Shown here: piece by piece, positions 9,946 through 18,850 of the stretch | Layout of the letters: every line of letters begins with the position of its first letter | How positions within the stretch are numbered: position 1 is the first letter of the stretch | Assembly: GCA_965233585.1 (NCBI GenBank) | Contig: CBDDTI010000109.1 | Location: 1-36,007 of the forward strand | Source: a bacterium | GTDB taxonomy: Bacteria > SAR324 > NAC60-12 | Direction of reading: 5' to 3' | Length of the DNA stretch: 36,007 nucleotides | Translations under genes and position numbers: made by a program | The notes under the pieces: generated by a model | Seen by the model: the letters and a program-made list of their open reading frames with translations, nothing else | The model's database searches: none | Told to the model about the DNA's origin: nothing

Positions 9946-10541
9946 TGTTGTAAGTGAGCAATAGCATAGTTGGTGACTTTGAATCCTGAAGGATTGATGT
10001 TGAGTTGATCCCCTTTGATTATTTCATCTTGAAAATCAAACCTGATGTTGATTTTGAATTTTTTAATAGATTTTTTTTTTTGTAGCAGATCAATGGTTTT
10101 GAGTTGGATTTGTCGGACGTCATCAGAGATTTTCTGATACATATTGATTTGAACAAATCTTTGAAAAGGTCTGTTTTGGATTCTATCTTTTAATCTACTT
10201 CTAAAGTCTTGAAAGAAAGCAAAAGTGTCTTGGTTGGACATTGCATTGATTTTGTTGAGTTCTTCCTTTTTTAAGGGATAACGTTCTTTGGTGAGGACAT
10301 ATTCATAGATGAGAGCTTTGATGAGGTTCTCATTGTCAAGGTATGAAGTTTTGAGTCTATTGACTTGGTATTCGCTTGGTTTTTTGAATTGGACATAGTC
10401 GTAAACAATTTGAGGAGTTTTGATGATCCAGAAACGTTCAACGAGTAGAGCTAGATTGACAAGTAATAACAAAATCAATAGGACAGAATAAGTTTTGTTG
10501 ATGAAAACTTTTTCTCTGATGAGAGTTAAAGGGATATTCAT
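9942..10541 (-). CDS. virB8: VirB8-like protein
   Basis: Single TM, IYEYVLTKERY, C-terminal NPSGFKVTNY VirB8 signature. Confidence 0.75.
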   Translation of the reverse strand: MNIPLTLIREKVFINKTYSVLLILLLLVNLALLVERFWIIKTPQIVYDYVQFKKPSEYQVNRLKTSYLDNENLIKALIYEYVLTKERYPLKKEELNKINAMSNQDTFAFFQDFRSRLKDRIQNRPFQRFVQINMYQKISDDVRQIQLKTIDLLQKKKSIKKFKINIRFDFQDEIIKGDQLNINPSGFKVTNYAIAHLQQ

Positions 10542-10563
10542 TTTTTCTTTTTTTTATGGCATC

Positions 10564-10637
10564 TTTTTGCGTCTAGCACACCTTGTGTGTGCGCTAAGAC
10601 GCAAAAAATTAAAAAATAGAGCATGCGTTAGCATGCT
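10564..10637. other. Long inverted repeat plus second palindrome (terminator or oriT candidate)
   Basis: TTTTTGCGTCT (10564-74)/AGACGCAAAAA (10597-607) with inner GCACAC/GTGTGC; AGCATGC-4-GCATGCT (10620-37). Confidence 0.5.
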
Positions 10638-10719
10638 TCCTTATTTCTTTATTTGTTTTTTTGAGGTTTATTTTTCGTGAGTCATGGACGTCCTTTAGAC
10701 AGAATGAATGAACGATAGT

Positions 10720-12102
10720 TCATTCAAGAGAAGTAGGTCTGTCTAAAAAAGTGTTAGGTGAATAAGAATAATGGAAATCAATTTTTGTAAAGTTGTTTTG
10801 GGGGAAGTCATCTTTTAGAGCCTGTAAGACTCTTTCATAATAAGACCCTCGTAACAAAGACAACATCATCTCATTATTGAGATAAAAAGACACCTGTCCA
10901 TCTTGGATTTGGACTAAATCCGTGTAGCCTTGCATCATCTGACCATAAGTCTTGTCTTCCAAAACCTTAACCCAAAAATTGATGCCAAGACCTAAAATCT
11001 TGCCTTCTTTGTTCTTCTGCTCAAGAATGTTTCTTTTCTCTCGTTTAGCGACTTTGGCTTTGGTAGATTTCAATGCTCGGTCTTTAAGACATTCCTGCCT
11101 ATTGTTACAAGGCAGGACTGCAATCGCTTTGAACTTGTTCATTAAATCTTTCACAGACACATTTTTAGGAGCTTGTCCCACCGACAGTTGCAAATGATAA
11201 AGAAAATAAGCCCACGGATTCCTGACCTGATGGCGACCTGATTTGCTCATGCCATCATATAACGTTTGTAGTGCCTGTTGAATCTTGTCATCATCTTCCC
11301 ATAAACGATACAAATACAACTCATAGAGACTTGGCATGTTCCCACGTCCTGCTCCAATAGCTAAAAAGACATTTGCCAACTTACTCCAGACCTTTTTAAC
11401 AAGCCTTGTTTTAATTTCCCCTGCATTGAAACAATACAGATGACTGATGATAAGTTTCTGGTCTATGATGTCTTTGACAAAAAGTCTCTTGTCTTCATAG
11501 CTAGGACACTCTCCCAGCTTCTTAACTAAATGATCTACTTTCTTATTCTGTTCAAAGACTTCATCTACAGTGACATTGGAGTTGCCTGACGTGTCAGGTT
11601 CTTGTCCTTTGGCTCGCTGAAGTTGATCTTTGAGATACTTCTGTTGTTCTGCATTAAGATTGCGATTGATGAACCCTGTCTTTCTTTGAATCTTCTTGCA
11701 GTTGTCAAAATCATCAAGCCAGCGATTCTGCTCAATCCAATCAGAGATTTGCACCAGATAGATTTTTCTGTCTGTGACAGGCTGCCCTCCTTTTTGAATA
11801 TTGAGGGATTTCCTGTGGATTAAACAAACGACACTCTCTAATCGTTTTAACACTTTATTCACAGAAGTTGGAGAGGTCAGACCTACCAACTTTCCCATGC
11901 TAGACTCCTTGTAGGACGTCCTTTTCATCTTAGAAAGAAGGTATTGATTAGAAGGGTCACACACACGACCATTGCGTGCTTGATACTGATCAAGAAGTCT
12001 CAAAACCTCTTGGTCACGATTGTTCAGGACTCCCAAGACCTCTAAGTCTTGAGTCTGTGGATAAACTAAATTTTGTTGGAATGCTGATTTTGAAGTTGTC
12101 AT
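10720..12102 (-). CDS. Candidate replication initiator (N-terminal wHTH, C-terminal DnaA_N-like segment)
   Basis: HTH-like SMGKLVGLTSPTSVNKVLKRLE; RNPWAYF motif; C-terminal FWVKVLE...VSFYLNNEMMLSLLRGSYYERVLQAL resembles DnaA domain I. No other Rep candidate on the circle. Confidence 0.55.
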   Translation of the reverse strand: MTTSKSAFQQNLVYPQTQDLEVLGVLNNRDQEVLRLLDQYQARNGRVCDPSNQYLLSKMKRTSYKESSMGKLVGLTSPTSVNKVLKRLESVVCLIHRKSLNIQKGGQPVTDRKIYLVQISDWIEQNRWLDDFDNCKKIQRKTGFINRNLNAEQQKYLKDQLQRAKGQEPDTSGNSNVTVDEVFEQNKKVDHLVKKLGECPSYEDKRLFVKDIIDQKLIISHLYCFNAGEIKTRLVKKVWSKLANVFLAIGAGRGNMPSLYELYLYRLWEDDDKIQQALQTLYDGMSKSGRHQVRNPWAYFLYHLQLSVGQAPKNVSVKDLMNKFKAIAVLPCNNRQECLKDRALKSTKAKVAKREKRNILEQKNKEGKILGLGINFWVKVLEDKTYGQMMQGYTDLVQIQDGQVSFYLNNEMMLSLLRGSYYERVLQALKDDFPQNNFTKIDFHYSYSPNTFLDRPTSLE

Positions 12103-12360
12103 GTCCGTTTTCCTTTAAAAAAGAGTTGAAGAAAACGGCAATGTCAGAAAGGAGAAAGAGAAGAAAAAAAGACTCAATGCTCACTTTCTGACACAATATT
12201 CACTTATCTCGTCTGGTTACGACCCCAAACTTAGCCAGAGTGAGCATTTGCTTTGCAGATTCAGGAGAGCAAGAGAGTCTTTGTCTGGTTCTTTTGACGT
12301 GACAGATCCGTAAATTCTGTCCCTCAGTGAAAAGGTGTCTAGCAAAAAGCTCAATCCAGT

Positions 12361-12390
12361 ATTTTAGATGATAGAAAAATGGTTTGTCAA
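12361..12390 (-). promoter_or_regulatory. Sigma70-like promoter upstream of the candidate rep, giving a 5' leader of about 250 nt
   Basis: Minus strand TTGACA (12390-12385), 18 bp, TAAAAT (12366-12361). Confidence 0.55.
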
Positions 12391-12415
12391 GGGGTCTGGT
12401 CTCTTTTTTTCTTTA

Positions 12416-12985
12416 TTAGTCATAAAAATCTATTTTTGCAACAATGGTAGCAGATTTTTGTGAGGTTAAATCAGGACTTCCATCTAATATTGCAGGTAAA
12501 AGTTTAATAGTCATATCATCAATATCATTAGCATCTTGATGAGACAAAGCCTGACCAACCAAAGAAATATTGATCATAGTATCACCAATTTTGGTCACGT
12601 TGACAGTAATTCCCATAGGAACATTAGAAACTGTGTAGTGAACATCACGGGTAAAAAGATTCCAAGCCAAAACGCTTTTTATAAATTGATGTCGTTTAAC
12701 ACCTAGCTTTCTTGTCACCACTTGAATGACTGGGGAAAGTGTAAAACTGCCATCATTACTGGAACCTTCTAGAAATCTATCTTTGCCTGCATCTTTTGGC
12801 AAATAACCAGTCCAATAGCTACTAAAAATGGCTTTTTTAGCTTCTTCTATCTTTTCATCTAATTCTTTTATTTCCTTATCATCTTCTGAAGAACTACCAC
12901 CAGAACCACTACCACCAGAACCACAAGCGATCAAGAAAGCCAAAGCCAAAGCCATAGTCAAAGTAAGAAACGATTTAATTTTCAT
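12416..12985 (-). CDS. Lipoprotein of unknown function
   Basis: Signal peptide with lipobox LIAC, Gly/Ser linker, RBS AGGAG. Confidence 0.75.
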   Translation of the reverse strand: MKIKSFLTLTMALALAFLIACGSGGSGSGGSSSEDDKEIKELDEKIEEAKKAIFSSYWTGYLPKDAGKDRFLEGSSNDGSFTLSPVIQVVTRKLGVKRHQFIKSVLAWNLFTRDVHYTVSNVPMGITVNVTKIGDTMINISLVGQALSHQDANDIDDMTIKLLPAILDGSPDLTSQKSATIVAKIDFYD

Positions 12986-13036
12986 AGAAATTCTCCTGAA
13001 AAAATAATAAAAGTTAAGTGTTTAAGAACATCACAC

Positions 13037-13300
13037 TTAACTATAACACCTCGCAATGCGATTGCCAAACTCATTGTAAACATATTGTTCTTGTTGAGGT
13101 GTGTCAAGTCTGCTTTCTTGATACTGATTGATTCTAATCTTGACGTATTCAGAGCAAGGGCTTGTTGGTGGTTTGGTAGAAGAACAACCAGAAACTAAAA
13201 AGAGACCAACCAACACTTTTTTGATAGACTTATGATGTCTTTTTGATATGTTTTAAACATAGATTTGATTAAACAGTGATATTGGGTTCAAGGTCTTTGT
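13037..13300 (-). pseudogene. Second copy of the virB7-like lipoprotein gene plus virB6 3' end
   Basis: Near-identical to about 15340-15630; encodes ...LFLVSGCSSTKPPTSPCSEY...RIARCYS*, but the upstream ATG (13260) is out of frame. Confidence 0.75.
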
Positions 13301-13383
13301 TCTGTTTCTGAAGAACAGCCAATCAAATTTGAACAAATCAAAATCTTTAGTGTTAGAATATCAATTTTTAATATTGAAACATT

Positions 13384-14514
13384 ATGCGAGTAGATACATC
13401 AGACATAGGTAAGGATGTCATCATTATTGTTGAAAAAAATGGAACACAAAAAAGATGTGGAATAACCACTTCAGGTAGAAAGTATATTGAGTATCAAGGC
13501 AATCAATACGATTTAGTTGAAAAACAAGGTCAAATTGATGAAAGGATTCCAGAAGGCAGTTTTTCAAGATGTATTTTTTTAATGGATGTAGATTTTAGTT
13601 CTGCCAATTTTACAGGAAGTGTAGATTTTAAAGAAAAACATTTTTCAGAACATGCATCTTTTAGTCATGCTACTTTTTTAGAATATGCAAATTTTAGTCA
13701 TACCACTTTTTCAGAATATGCAAATTTTAGTCATACCACTTTTGTCAAAGATGTATTCTTTAACAACGCCATTTTTTCAGAACAATCTTTTAACGAAGCC
13801 ATTTTTTCGGAACATGCATCTTTTAGAGATGTATCTTTTTTAGAACATGTATCTTTTAGAGATGCATCTTTTTCAAAACACGCAGATTTTAATTTTGCTA
13901 GCTTTTCAAAAGATGTAGATTTTGAGTTTGCCTCATGTGAAAGGGTCCTGTCTTTGAGGGAACTTCAAAAATCAGGAGTCTTGAATCTTAAATCTGCTCA
14001 AGTTGGGAAGATAGATTACTATGACACAACCATAGATCAAGCAGCCAATCGTGAAACTTTTTTGGTTCTCAAAAACCTTGCGATTGACCAACAAGATCAA
14101 GTAAAAGCTTTAGACTTTCATGTTCAGGAGATGGAGATGTATAGAAAAAGTTTAAGCTGGAAAAAGTTTGATTGGTGGCTTTTAGATTTTGAGAAGTTTA
14201 CCAGTAGTTATGGGACGAAGCCTTGGCAACCTTTGCTGTGGATTATTTTTTTTCAAGGTTTGATGCTGACTTTTATGTTTCCCCTATTTACCAATGGCGC
14301 ATTAGAATTGACAGAATATCTTTCCAGCATTTTAGGTTATAAATTTTGGTCTCATGAAAGTTTAGAACCACTTCAATTCTCTGAATATTTCCAAGAAAAT
14401 AGCCTACTCTCATTGGGGAGTTTAAAACTTATCAATAGCCTCAAGAACATTGGCACTGTAGTGCTGCTTTATGAGCTTATCAAGTCTTTTAGAAAGTTTT
14501 CAAGGAAGCTTTAA
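13384..14514 (+). CDS. Pentapeptide-repeat membrane protein
   Basis: Repeated A.F...TF units (HASFSHATF, YANFSHTTF); TSSYGTKPWQPL followed by C-terminal TM helices. Confidence 0.85.
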   Translation: MRVDTSDIGKDVIIIVEKNGTQKRCGITTSGRKYIEYQGNQYDLVEKQGQIDERIPEGSFSRCIFLMDVDFSSANFTGSVDFKEKHFSEHASFSHATFLEYANFSHTTFSEYANFSHTTFVKDVFFNNAIFSEQSFNEAIFSEHASFRDVSFLEHVSFRDASFSKHADFNFASFSKDVDFEFASCERVLSLRELQKSGVLNLKSAQVGKIDYYDTTIDQAANRETFLVLKNLAIDQQDQVKALDFHVQEMEMYRKSLSWKKFDWWLLDFEKFTSSYGTKPWQPLLWIIFFQGLMLTFMFPLFTNGALELTEYLSSILGYKFWSHESLEPLQFSEYFQENSLLSLGSLKLINSLKNIGTVVLLYELIKSFRKFSRKL

Positions 14515-14545
14515 GCATCACACCTCGCAATCCGATTTCCAAACT
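14515..14545. repeat. 31-bp copy of the virB7-like 3' end
   Basis: GCATCACACCTCGCAATCCGATTTCCAAACT, identical to 15335-15365. Confidence 0.9.
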
Positions 14546-14566
14546 TCCCTGTCTTCTGAAATATTC

Positions 14567-14659
14567 CTAAGGATTGGATTTTTTTCTTTTATTTGAGTAA
14601 TAAATCGCTGTTGAGATATAAAAGATACCTATTGCTGTCACTATTGCAACTACAATCAT
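14567..14659 (-). CDS. Small single-TM protein B, cassette copy 3 (30 aa)
   Basis: MIVVAIVTAIGIFYISTAIYYSNKRKKSNP; ATGA overlap with A. Confidence 0.65.
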   Translation of the reverse strand: MIVVAIVTAIGIFYISTAIYYSNKRKKSNP

Positions 14660-14835
14660 TTTCCCTCCTCTCCGTTAAAGTAAATAAATATAAGTGCTAC
14701 GTGAATGATAACACCAGCCGCTAGCAAGCACCATGCTTCTAGTGCATATGTTGTTTTTTCTGATGCAATGTAGTTGATTGCACCTCCTATCAGCCCTCCA
14801 CTGAGTCCAATCTCTACCAGTAATAAATTTTTCAT
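14656..14835 (-). CDS. Small membrane protein A, cassette copy 3 (59 aa)
   Basis: MKNLLLVEIGLSGGLIGGAINYIASEKTTYALEAWCLLAAGVIIHVALIFIYFNGEEGK; clear paralog of 21585-21773. Confidence 0.75.
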   Translation of the reverse strand: MKNLLLVEIGLSGGLIGGAINYIASEKTTYALEAWCLLAAGVIIHVALIFIYFNGEEGK

Positions 14836-14857
14836 ATCTACAACAATAGCTAAAAAC

Positions 14858-14898
14858 CTAACTATAACACCTCACAGTGCGATTTCCAAATTGATTGT
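14858..14898. repeat. Variant copy of the virB7-like 3' end
   Basis: Minus strand reads NQFGNRTVRCYS*, matching the tails at 13037 and 15331. Confidence 0.85.
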
Positions 14899-14935
14899 TT
14901 TTTGTTAGACTAACTCATTTTTATAGTAGTTTTTT

Positions 14936-15334
14936 ATGCCAATCGCCATCAATACACTAGAATATGCTCGCTTACTGATAGATTCAGGAGTAGAACAAAA
15001 GCAAGCAGAAGCTCATGCTCTGACACTGGACAAAACGCTTAAAGAACATGTTCCCAGTAAAGAAGACGTTCAAAGCACCATAGAACAAGCTCAAACCCAA
15101 CTTAAAAGAAAAATCCAAACCGATATTGATAGCTCTATTGACACTGCAAAGATTGAAATCAATTCAACTATTGAAAAAGTCAAAAGTGAACTCAAACAAG
15201 ACATATCAGAGTTAAAAAGTGAACTCAAACAAGACATATCAGAGTTAAAATCCGACAATAAATTGATGAAATGGATGCTGGGGTTTCAGTTTGCAATGAT
15301 TTTAGCAATTTTTGTAAAACTTTTTGTTGGTTAG
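14936..15334 (+). CDS. DUF1640/CCDC90-like coiled-coil protein with C-terminal TM
   Basis: NTLEYARLL..GV..KQAEA start; 33-bp tandem repeat (KSELKQDISEL x2); KWMLG TM tail. Confidence 0.8.
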   Translation: MPIAINTLEYARLLIDSGVEQKQAEAHALTLDKTLKEHVPSKEDVQSTIEQAQTQLKRKIQTDIDSSIDTAKIEINSTIEKVKSELKQDISELKSELKQDISELKSDNKLMKWMLGFQFAMILAIFVKLFVG

Positions 15335-15576
15335 GCATCACACCTCGCAATCCGATTTCCAAACTGATTGTAAACATATTGTTCTTGTTGAGGTGTGTCA
15401 AGTTTGCTTTCTTGATACTGATTGATGCGAATCTTGACATATTCAGAGCAAGGACTGGTTGGAGGTTTGGTAGACGAACAACCAGAAGCCAGAGCCAAAC
15501 AAATCAACACTTTTTTGATGTGTTTTTGACTCTTTTTTGATGTATATCTGATGTCTTTTTGATATGTTTTCAACAT
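15331..15576 (-). CDS. VirB7-like small lipoprotein (start uncertain)
   Basis: Lipobox ASGC followed by TSPC, directly downstream of virB6; resembles the VirB7/ComB7 C...SPC pattern. Confidence 0.6.
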   Translation of the reverse strand: MLKTYQKDIRYTSKKSQKHIKKVLICLALASGCSSTKPPTSPCSEYVKIRINQYQESKLDTPQQEQYVYNQFGNRIARCDA

Positions 15577-15595
15577 AGATTTGATGTAGATTTGA

Positions 15596-17380
15596 TTAAA
15601 CAGAGATATTGGGTTCAATGTCTTTGTTGTCTTTCTTGGGTAAATTTGTTTTGACTTCAGGAGTTTTGGGGACAGGATTGCCCACTTCAAAATCTTTCTG
15701 GTCTTGTTGGAATGATGGCATGTTGTCGTAAAGATCAAGAGGCGGTCTCTCATCATTTTGAGCAAAGGAAGGCATGTTGTCATAAAGATCAAGGGGCGGT
15801 CTCTCATCATTTTGAGCAAAAGAAGGCATGTTGTCATAAAGATCAAGAGGAGGTAAATCCATCGGAGGCCTGTCTGATGCCTTCTCTTTTTGAAGTTGTT
15901 GATTGGTCTCTTTTTCATTGGTTTTCTGCTTGGATTGTTGAGCAAAGTTTTGAGAACGTTCATGCGTCTTTTGAGGAACAGACTCAGATTGAGCAGAAAA
16001 AGAAGGAAAAGCAGGCATGTTTGATGGAGCTTGTGGCGTCTGCTGTGATGCACTTTTTTTCTCTTTCATATCTGATGAAGTGTGAGAAGAGTGAGATGCT
16101 TCCTGTGTCTGCTGTTGCTGTGAAGCAGTAGAAGATTGAGAACTTTGAACAGTTTCAGAGGAGGCAAGAGTGCCTTCAATGATTCTATCTGCACCAGTCG
16201 CACCAGAACCTGATTGAGAAGATGACCCTTGAGTTTGGGGGTTGTCATCAGGCATCTTTTGTACAGAAAAAGGAGGCGGTTCAGGTTGTCCAAGATTCCT
16301 GTATTCTTCAACAGGAATATGAGGCAGGAACACAGGCGGTGCAGGGAGCTGAGGAACATCACCAGCACCAGATGACTCTCCCCCACCATCTGAACGCATT
16401 CCTCCTAGCATTTCTTTAGCACTGCTGATGCCTGCTTTTCCTGCACCATAAGCAGCCTTGCCAGCCCTCGCTGCACTGGCAGCAGCAGAAATGCCTTTGG
16501 CAGTCGCACCAATGATGTCTCTCCCAATCTGAAATGGATTGCTTCCCTTGCTAGAGACATTGCCCCGAGTCAAAGAATTAGCAATCTCTGCCACCTTAGA
16601 AAACGAAAAACAAGCAATCAATCCAATTAAAATAATAATCCCTGAAGGAATAGGAGAAGAGGAGTTTTCAAGACTTTGGTAGTCCAAAGCCAACCTAAAA
16701 ATCAACTCATTGACAAGATAAATAATACAGGTCGCAATGACTGGATACAACATAACAGTCAGCACAGCACGAAACCATTCAAAAAACACATTCCTACTCT
16801 CTGAAAAGGCAGAGAGCATAATGACCGCAGGAGAAAACAGCATATAAATCACTACATTAGACAAAAAAGCAAACTGCACCAGCCAATACTGTAAGTAAGT
16901 GATATACACCACCAAAGCAGCAAGATAGATGATGAACGCATCATAAGTTGGCAAGACTGACATCCAGCGGTCATCATTGCCTGCTTGTTCTATCAGATTG
17001 TCATAAATCATACTGTACAGCTGGCTCATGTTAGTCTCTGACGGAATTTTGAGACCCAAATTGTTGGCATTGGCAGAAATAATAAATTCAGCAATTTCTT
17101 TGGGGGTGTCAAACACCAGAGCAATCAAATACTCTTCATAAGACTCCATATTCGTTATGAAGTTAAAATTCATAGAAAGCAGGAGACCTGTGAACATGGT
17201 TTTGTAGCCGACTGTGCCGATTCCCGTTTTAAACGCAAAGACAAAGTAAAACAGAATCGCCAAGTGAAACCCTGCCGAAAAAATAGGCTGTGCTGCATGA
17301 CCAAACACCGAATACAAACCCAAAATCACCTCTATAAGAGTTGTCTCAAAAATCTCATAAACTTCATTTCCTCTAAACAT
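15596..17380 (-). CDS. virB6: VirB6/TrbL family protein with long low-complexity C-tail
   Basis: Multiple TMs; SPAVIMLSAFSESRNVFFEW TrbL/VirB6 motif; Ala/Gly-rich then Ser/Gln-rich tail. Confidence 0.85.
   Translation of the reverse strand: MFRGNEVYEIFETTLIEVILGLYSVFGHAAQPIFSAGFHLAILFYFVFAFKTGIGTVGYKTMFTGLLLSMNFNFITNMESYEEYLIALVFDTPKEIAEFIISANANNLGLKIPSETNMSQLYSMIYDNLIEQAGNDDRWMSVLPTYDAFIIYLAALVVYITYLQYWLVQFAFLSNVVIYMLFSPAVIMLSAFSESRNVFFEWFRAVLTVMLYPVIATCIIYLVNELIFRLALDYQSLENSSSPIPSGIIILIGLIACFSFSKVAEIANSLTRGNVSSKGSNPFQIGRDIIGATAKGISAAASAARAGKAAYGAGKAGISSAKEMLGGMRSDGGGESSGAGDVPQLPAPPVFLPHIPVEEYRNLGQPEPPPFSVQKMPDDNPQTQGSSSQSGSGATGADRIIEGTLASSETVQSSQSSTASQQQQTQEASHSSHTSSDMKEKKSASQQTPQAPSNMPAFPSFSAQSESVPQKTHERSQNFAQQSKQKTNEKETNQQLQKEKASDRPPMDLPPLDLYDNMPSFAQNDERPPLDLYDNMPSFAQNDERPPLDLYDNMPSFQQDQKDFEVGNPVPKTPEVKTNLPKKDNKDIEPNISV
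15709..15853 (-). repeat. 54-bp tandem repeat in the virB6 tail (about 2.7 copies)
   Basis: PPLDLYDNMPSFAQNDER unit; GGCATGTTGTC at 15717, 15771 and 15825. Confidence 0.9.
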
Positions 17381-17417
17381 TTTTTTTACTTTTGTGACAA
17401 AGATTAATCAAACAGTT

Positions 17418-17453
17418 ATCTACAACAGTAGAAATTAAGTCAGTCTATCAGAC
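17418..17453 (-). CRISPR. Solitary type V-A CRISPR repeat upstream of virB6
   Basis: ATCTACAACAGTAGAAATTAAGTCAGTCTATCAGAC is 33/36 identical to the array repeat; the AATTTCTACTGTTGTAGAT handle is intact. Confidence 0.92.
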
Positions 17454-17500
17454 TTGATTTTTGATAACGAAAGTAGTAATTTGATAGAAATTTAGAAACG

Positions 17501-17674
17501 ATGAAAAACATCTTGTTACAACAAATGAACGCCTGCCTTGCAGGCATTGGTGGCTGTCTGGCTTATTTTGCAAGTGAAAAAACAAAGTACATAGACCAAG
17601 CAGTTTATCTCACACTCGGATTTGCCATTGCTTATCTAGTTATATTTTTAATCTACACAAAAGAAGACTCATGA
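17501..17674 (+). CDS. Small membrane protein A, cassette copy 4 (57 aa)
   Basis: MKNILLQQMNACLAGIGGCLAYFASEKTKYIDQAVYLTLGFAIAYLVIFLIYTKEDS; shares the SEKTKY motif. Confidence 0.75.
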   Translation: MKNILLQQMNACLAGIGGCLAYFASEKTKYIDQAVYLTLGFAIAYLVIFLIYTKEDS

Positions 17675-17781
17675 CAGGAGAAACCGCCATCTACGTTGCT
17701 TCAGGCATCTTTTTTATGAGTGTTTTGATTACCATCATCAAAACACTCAAACAACAAAAACGAAACAAAACAACTACTTAA
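17671..17781 (+). CDS. Small single-TM protein B, cassette copy 4 (36 aa)
   Basis: MTGETAIYVASGIFFMSVLITIIKTLKQQKRNKTTT; ATGA overlap with A. Confidence 0.65.
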   Translation: MTGETAIYVASGIFFMSVLITIIKTLKQQKRNKTTT

Positions 17782-18850
17782 ACAAGGGACCTGAGTCATA
17801 TCTCTTGTAGTATTTGCTTTGTCTGACTTTTTCCAACAAAGCATCAAAGTTAGGAGTCGCAGACTGATGTTGGTCAGCACTTTTACCCTTTGCTCGCAAG
17901 TCACGGATTTGCTGTTCAGTCAGGGACAGCTTCGCCGCACGTTGCAGTTGCCGCACGTTTCGTTTCTGCTTAGCGTGCAAGTTGATGCCGTTCAAATAAA
18001 TCCCCTCCAGATTTTTGTCAATCCTGTGCAAGATTTTAAGCATTTGCCACTGAAGCATCATCTGTGTATCTAATGTTCCTTTTGTTCCCTCAGTACTCGG
18101 GTCATTTCCAGACACCCGATCAGCTAGAATCTCCCACTCTTTGTCTTTGAGTTTTTTATAGTCTTCGTCCAGATTTTTCATGTATCTTGAATTGATGCGA
18201 TTAAACTCACCTCGCTCCCTCTTGAGCTTGTCCATTGCTTCGTCATAGTAGGTCTTGACTAAAGCACACTTGCCTTTGACAAGCATGCCCAGCTGGTTAG
18301 TGCCTGCTTTGCGATGCACACGTTTTTTCAAGTAAAGCCCTCCCTCGGGATCCACCTCTAACGTGGTATAGGTAGATTCCCTAGAGTCTACGTCATTGTT
18401 AAATCCAAGCTCTTTTGCTATCAGCCCCTCCCCTATCTTTTCAGGATCCTTGCCGTAGAAGTAACGTGCATTCCACATGTTTTCAGTTTTCTGATAAGCA
18501 TCTACATCAGAAAAAACACACTCTGAGTCTTTTTTGAACTGCTCAATCGCAGCCTGAAACTCCCCCGGAGTTTTTTCTAGCTCATCCTTGAGTTGCTTAA
18601 TTTCCCCCATCACCCCAAAAACAGAGTTGTAGACTTTTGCCATTTCGCTCCTCATGTTCATAATCTCGTCCTGTACATTCATCATGGTCATCACTGCTCT
18701 TCTGCTAGTTTTCACTTGCTCCCTCAAATTCGCAACAGATTTAACCGCCTGCTCAAAATTTGAGGGATCGAAGACGTATTGAACACCCTGACCGTAAACT
18801 ACTGAAGGAATGACAGCGACCAAAAAAATATATTTAATTTTCATTAACAT
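17774..18850 (-). CDS. virB5: VirB5/TrbJ-like minor pilin
   Basis: Signal peptide then VFDPSNFEQAV, helical coiled coil, located upstream of virB6. Confidence 0.7.
   Translation of the reverse strand: MLMKIKYIFLVAVIPSVVYGQGVQYVFDPSNFEQAVKSVANLREQVKTSRRAVMTMMNVQDEIMNMRSEMAKVYNSVFGVMGEIKQLKDELEKTPGEFQAAIEQFKKDSECVFSDVDAYQKTENMWNARYFYGKDPEKIGEGLIAKELGFNNDVDSRESTYTTLEVDPEGGLYLKKRVHRKAGTNQLGMLVKGKCALVKTYYDEAMDKLKRERGEFNRINSRYMKNLDEDYKKLKDKEWEILADRVSGNDPSTEGTKGTLDTQMMLQWQMLKILHRIDKNLEGIYLNGINLHAKQKRNVRQLQRAAKLSLTEQQIRDLRAKGKSADQHQSATPNFDALLEKVRQSKYYKRYDSGPLFK

Noticed and set aside
10720..12102. 460-aa ORF as a TnpB/Cas12f-like effector
   Set aside because: No RuvC-I/II/III acidic motifs or C-terminal zinc finger are visible; it fits an initiator better.
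15331..16053. 240-aa ORF as annotated in the track
   Set aside because: Its first two thirds are an alternate frame of the virB6 tail; only the last roughly 81 codons look like a real lipoprotein.
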